Source: Oopsacas minuta (taxonomy: Eukaryota > Animalia > Porifera). Taken from it: 9,640 nt of DNA. Shown one piece after another: positions 6,144-9,640 of the stretch. Where the stretch lies: contig JAKMXF010000145.1 in NCBI GenBank assembly GCA_024704765.1, positions 4,424 through 14,063 on the forward strand. Direction: 5' to 3'. The first letter of the stretch is position 1. Every line of letters starts with the position of its first letter. Made by a program: the position numbers and the translations under genes. A model generated the notes under the pieces. That model was not told where the DNA came from and made no database searches. It saw only the letters and a program-made list of their open reading frames with translations.

Positions 6144-7729
6144 TTAACTTGACGAACCTGATTGAGTGTCTTCTTTACAAGATTTAGCTTCTAATAATTC
6201 AGTGTTTGAAATGAATGAAATAATTCCTAAACCTTTATTTCTCAGCTCAGTAGGTCTCTTTAAGAATTCAGGATATTTCTCAACATCTTCCTTAGATATA
6301 TTTGACTAGTGAATTCAAAATTATTATTACTGTTAATGTGATGGAGTAGAATTAACGTATATTTGTATCTGATAGGCCGGTGGAGTTTACCATCATAACC
6401 TCCTTTCATAATACAAATGTCAACACATACTCTACCTGTATTATCATCATTCCAATCAAAACAGCCCTGACACTTGTATAAACCTACATAGAATGGATCA
6501 CTATAAGTATGGTCTTTGTTTTCTATCTTCTGTTTAACACCTTTATTCTGCCATTACAATTCTCCTGTAGGTAGAGGTAGAGGTAGAGGTGTATAAGAAA
6601 AAAGTATTTCTTTAATTGATTTCAGTTCTAAATCCTTCTCAGAAATTAGTTTCTCTAAATTCACGATTTTGGTATTTGCTAAGGCCAGTTTCTCTTCCAT
6701 ATATTTAACTTTTGATAGCTCTTTAGTTTTACTTTCATTTTCATTTTGTAAGAAAGCAATCTTCTTAGTTGCTCTATCCAGTTTATCATTCGTTTCTATT
6801 TGTTGTTGTCTGAGTTTTGATAGCTCTTTGCTCTTACTTTCACATATATTTTCGACTAGTACTATCCTCTGGGTTGCTGTGTCAAGTTGGTCTTGCAATA
6901 GTTTAGATATTTGAATTTGTTTCAGTTTCATATCAGAAATTGATAATCTGTAGTGAATGTGCATGAATTCTCTTCATGAAGATCCATCTATTTCCTCTCC
7001 ATTTCTTCTCTACATCCATAGACCCAATAAGGACACTCTACTTTCTGTAGAGGGCATCCATTAGCTAGATGGACAGGAACATCTCTCCTCTTCAATTGTC
7101 TGGTCGTTTCCTCTCCTTCTATCACACATTCATTAGGACAAGGAACTGGAAAGTGCTCACAGTCCTCCAAATGAGGATTCATCTCACATGCCTTCACTTT
7201 ATTCAGACAGAATTCACACACCAGTTCTCTTAATGGACACGAGTCTCTCTGGTGTTCTGGAATCCGTATCTTCTCCAGCTTCATAACTTTCCCCTTCCTC
7301 TCTCCTTCTAGACAGACACAGTACAGGAAAGAATTCACATTCTTCCAGGTGGTGTATTACTGTACTCACTGTGTCACTCCATTCACACCCTCTCTTCTTT
7401 AGGGGACAACTAATCTACAAATAAATAACTCATCTGTAAACACAAACAAACGCTGGTAAATAACAACAAATAAACTACCATTTTATCAGAGACAATTTCA
7501 CGGTTCATCTTTACTGGTTGCCATGCTACACCTTCAGGAATGCACACACCACACCTCAAATCTCCTTCATAGAAACAAGCATCTCTTAACATTCCATTAC
7601 AACTGCTACATAACAATATTTTCTCTTCCATTTTGCTGGATAACTTGCCTATCAACAAATCAACCCTCCAGCCTCTGTAGCTACCATCCTCTGTCTTTAT
7701 GTAGACCAAGTCCTCTCTCCCTTCTGAGT
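6144..7729 (-). pseudogene. TRAF-family (TNF receptor-associated factor-like) pseudogene: RING-like, TRAF zinc fingers, coiled coil, MATH domain
   Basis: The upstream exon (to 7479) encodes CSSCNGMLRDAC...CGVC. After a 64-nt GT..AG intron (7478-7415) comes ISCPLKKRGCEW...HHLEECEFFPVLC, then a frameshift (~7315) into CLEGERKGKV...EHQRDSCPLRELVCEFC...HLEDCEHFPVPCPNEC...HLANGCPLQKVECPYWVYGC. Next are TAG (6988-6990), a -1 frameshift (~6971), the coiled coil, and TAA (6554-6556). The same frame continues into the MATH domain: WQNKGVKQKIENKDHTYSDPFYVGLYKCQG...IMKGGYDGKLHRPIRYKYTLILL...; after a frameshift (~6298) it reads SKEDVEKYPEFLKRPTELRNKGLGIISFISNTELLEAKSCKED, with a stop at 6144-6146. The start codon is unresolved. 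Confidence 0.93.
6570..6590. repeat. (GGTAGA)3.5 hexamer repeat encoding Pro-Leu repeats in the TRAF linker
   Basis: GGTAGAGGTAGAGGTAGAGGT; the minus strand reads PLPLPLP between the coiled coil and the MATH domain. Confidence 0.85.
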
Positions 7730-8091
7730 CTGTTAAGCAGTTGCCGAGAGCTGATGATTTGATATATCCGGTACCTTTGAAGGGGGAATCCTCATTTGGG
7801 GACTCGTAAAGGGATCCATATGTGAATTGATATAGTAAAAATGTCCAGCCGACAGACTGTTAGTGCAGCTAAGGGTTATGTATTTTTGTTCTTTTCAGGG
7901 GGCATGCCGCCCTTACCCCCTCGTGTAAATGCCGAAATTCACCGGACCCGACTGATTTGGGCTCCTGGATCTGACAAATGTTTCAGGATATTCAATATTA
8001 TTCGTCCCCTACTATACTTCATGTTCTATCCTCAAATCCTATAGATAAATTCCGAATAAGTATCATACAATTACCATCTGTCTAACTTTTG

Positions 8092-8423
8092 AAACAAAAT
8101 CTCTAGCATCAATTAGAAATATGTGCAAAAAGGTGTGAAAGAATGATAAATAATGTAGATATAATTTTGAAAATTATATTTTAGAACCTTACATGCTTGA
8201 TTACCCTTACTAGCAGTTAAAACAAAATCTCTAGCATGATTTTGAATAATATACAGAAGGTGGAAAATATGATTATTCATATGATAAAACTGTGAATTTC
8301 TAACTTTCAGATTCTGAAATTCTCGACATCGGACTCTACGCACCGAATTACTCCTGATAACATATTGAAATTTAATCTCTAGCTTGTTTTGTATATTACA
8401 TAGAAGGTGTGAAAATGTGATTA
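8092..8423. repeat. Three degenerate direct repeats of a ~50-bp motif, spaced 128 and 148 bp
   Basis: An exact 18-mer AAACAAAATCTCTAGCAT at 8092-8109 and 8220-8237, and a third core AATCTCTAGC at 8374-8383. Each copy is followed ~20 nt later by AAGGTG(T)GAAA..(A/G)TGAT. Confidence 0.75.
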
Positions 8424-9640
8424 ATCACCAAAAATGTGCGAAATATTCCATTTGAAAATTCATAACCGATGTGGAAATTTCCTACCCAAAATATATATTT
8501 ATGCCAATTTTCATATTCATTCAGCTGCTAGATTTCGCACGGCCTCGCTGACGGTACATCGTCCATGCCAGTAGTCCATCTCCCTATAGGAGCTGCACTA
8601 AAAATATTGAATATACATTTTGTATTGATTATAGGAACGATTTTGAAAAATGTTCAGAATTTTAGACAAGTATCTAGTGAAAGAGAGAGTCATAATTCAG
8701 TGATCACGGGTTCCGGGGATTTTGCAAAGCCCCCCCTAGTTGAATGGGTATTTCCGCGCCTATGTGTAGAACAATAAATTATACTTAAAAACGATGAAAG
8801 ATATTTCAGGAATATGGCAAACTATGTATGAGTCTAGTAAAATTATTTAAGTAATCAAGTAATTAAGTAACAAATATGCAGGGGTGGTGAAAATAGCAAT
8901 AACGGCAACTCATTGGATGTTAACGACACGGTTAACAGCCAAAGTATTCTTTAACTGTAGGATTTGGAAAACAACATTTCAAACGTGATATTTTATGTAT
9001 TAACTGTTAACACAGAAGATTATTGACTACTCCTTTTACAATTTAATATATTTCTGAACAAAATTGATTAAAGCAAAATCGTAAAAGGGATCAACATGTA
9101 CTGTACTAAAGCTATGGACACATTTATTGATAAATAATCCATACAAACCTATGGAAAACTGATTTAAAGCAAAATATTATGTCTAATGTATCGTAACATT
9201 TATGCAACAAATTGAACATTCATGATTACATCAATTTGGTAAGAGATATCATATTGCCGGAATAGCCGAAGCGAGTTTCTACGAATATTTCAATATTTCA
9301 ATTATTGTATTCAGGGCTGTGGTTGGTTAACCAAATTAAGGACGCGAGTTATCCTCTAAACAGTATATCATCGGCTATCAAAACTATTAATGGCTGCCAT
9401 GAAACAACCCCAAAACTACTCAAATCCAATTTTTCAGATCTACTATATCACTGAAACACTACATTATTCACCAAGTTAAGATGAAAACCGACAACTTTAC
9501 AAAATACATTGCGTTACCACTAAATCTACTCCGATCCAATTGAAACTTGCTGGATCAATACCGCATTCAGAACACAGAAGGAGAAAGCAATGTATTCTAA
9601 AAATATGGGTCGAATGATGAACCCTAAAACCACGTTATCC

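Noticed and set aside
6669-6914. 81-aa plus-strand ORF
   Set aside because: Antisense shadow of the TRAF coiled coil.
2756-6990. Alternative genetic code or programmed read-through, since in-frame TAA/TAG occur at 2756, 6554 and 6988
   Set aside because: The same genes also carry frameshifts and substitutions at conserved residues, Gln and Glu are normally encoded by CAR and GAR, and TAA appears to be used as a true terminator (e.g. 2843-2845). Nonsense mutation is simpler.
7523-7762. 79-aa plus-strand ORF
   Set aside because: Antisense shadow of the TRAF RING exon.
8092-8423. CRISPR array
   Set aside because: There are only three degenerate copies, the spacing (128/148 bp) is too long and irregular, no cas genes are present, and the context is eukaryotic and spliced.
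7841-8777. Short ORFs 7841-8044, 8113-8343 and 8565-8777
   Set aside because: They have no motifs and overlap repeat- or MITE-like sequence.
8879-8900. CAGGGGTGG as a hAT-type TIR
   Set aside because: No complementary partner or TSD was found in the window.
9300-9640. Faint Penelope/GIY-YIG-like (SYPLNSISSAIK; LYKIHC...EHRR) or USP Cys-box-like (TCWINT) words on the plus strand
   Set aside because: Key residues such as the YIG/YVG triplet and second Cys are absent, and the words lie in short stop-bounded frames. A tblastx search would be needed.
1-9640. Prokaryotic or symbiont contig (suggested by the intronless ankyrin ORF)
   Set aside because: GT-AG introns at homology-defined positions in BUD23 and TRAF, plus LINE debris, show this is eukaryotic nuclear DNA.

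Overview
AT-rich, intron-containing eukaryotic DNA. It is probably animal; the TRAF architecture resembles expanded sponge TRAF families, but that is recollection-based inference. The window is a dense patch of decayed genes and mobile-element debris. In order: (1) a 5'-truncated intronless ankyrin-repeat ORF (+, 3-647), the only reading frame that looks largely intact; (2) a 3-exon unprocessed pseudogene of the 18S rRNA m7G methyltransferase BUD23/WBSCR22 (-, 2031-838) with four frameshifts and no visible last exon; (3) head-to-head with it, an OTU-like cysteine protease of the type carried by Helitron/Helentron ORFs (+, 2075-2845), whose catalytic His is cut off by an in-frame TAA; (4) a spliced fragment resembling the N-terminus of a Gypsy-like (GIN/Ginger) integrase (+, 4604-5122) with an N base inside; (5) a frameshifted non-LTR reverse transcriptase fragment (+, ~5690-6135); (6) a near full-length TRAF pseudogene (-, ~7729-6144; RING-like, Zn fingers, coiled coil, MATH) with at least five lesions, whose MATH domain the ORF track misses; (7) several hairpins, short repeats and MITE-like remnants. 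I found no rRNA, tRNA or CRISPR array and no clearly new functional system. The most interesting leads are possible gene-fragment capture next to a Helitron-type OTU, and a TRAF+OTU+ankyrin co-location. Family assignments come from manual translation and motif recall; no database search was run.
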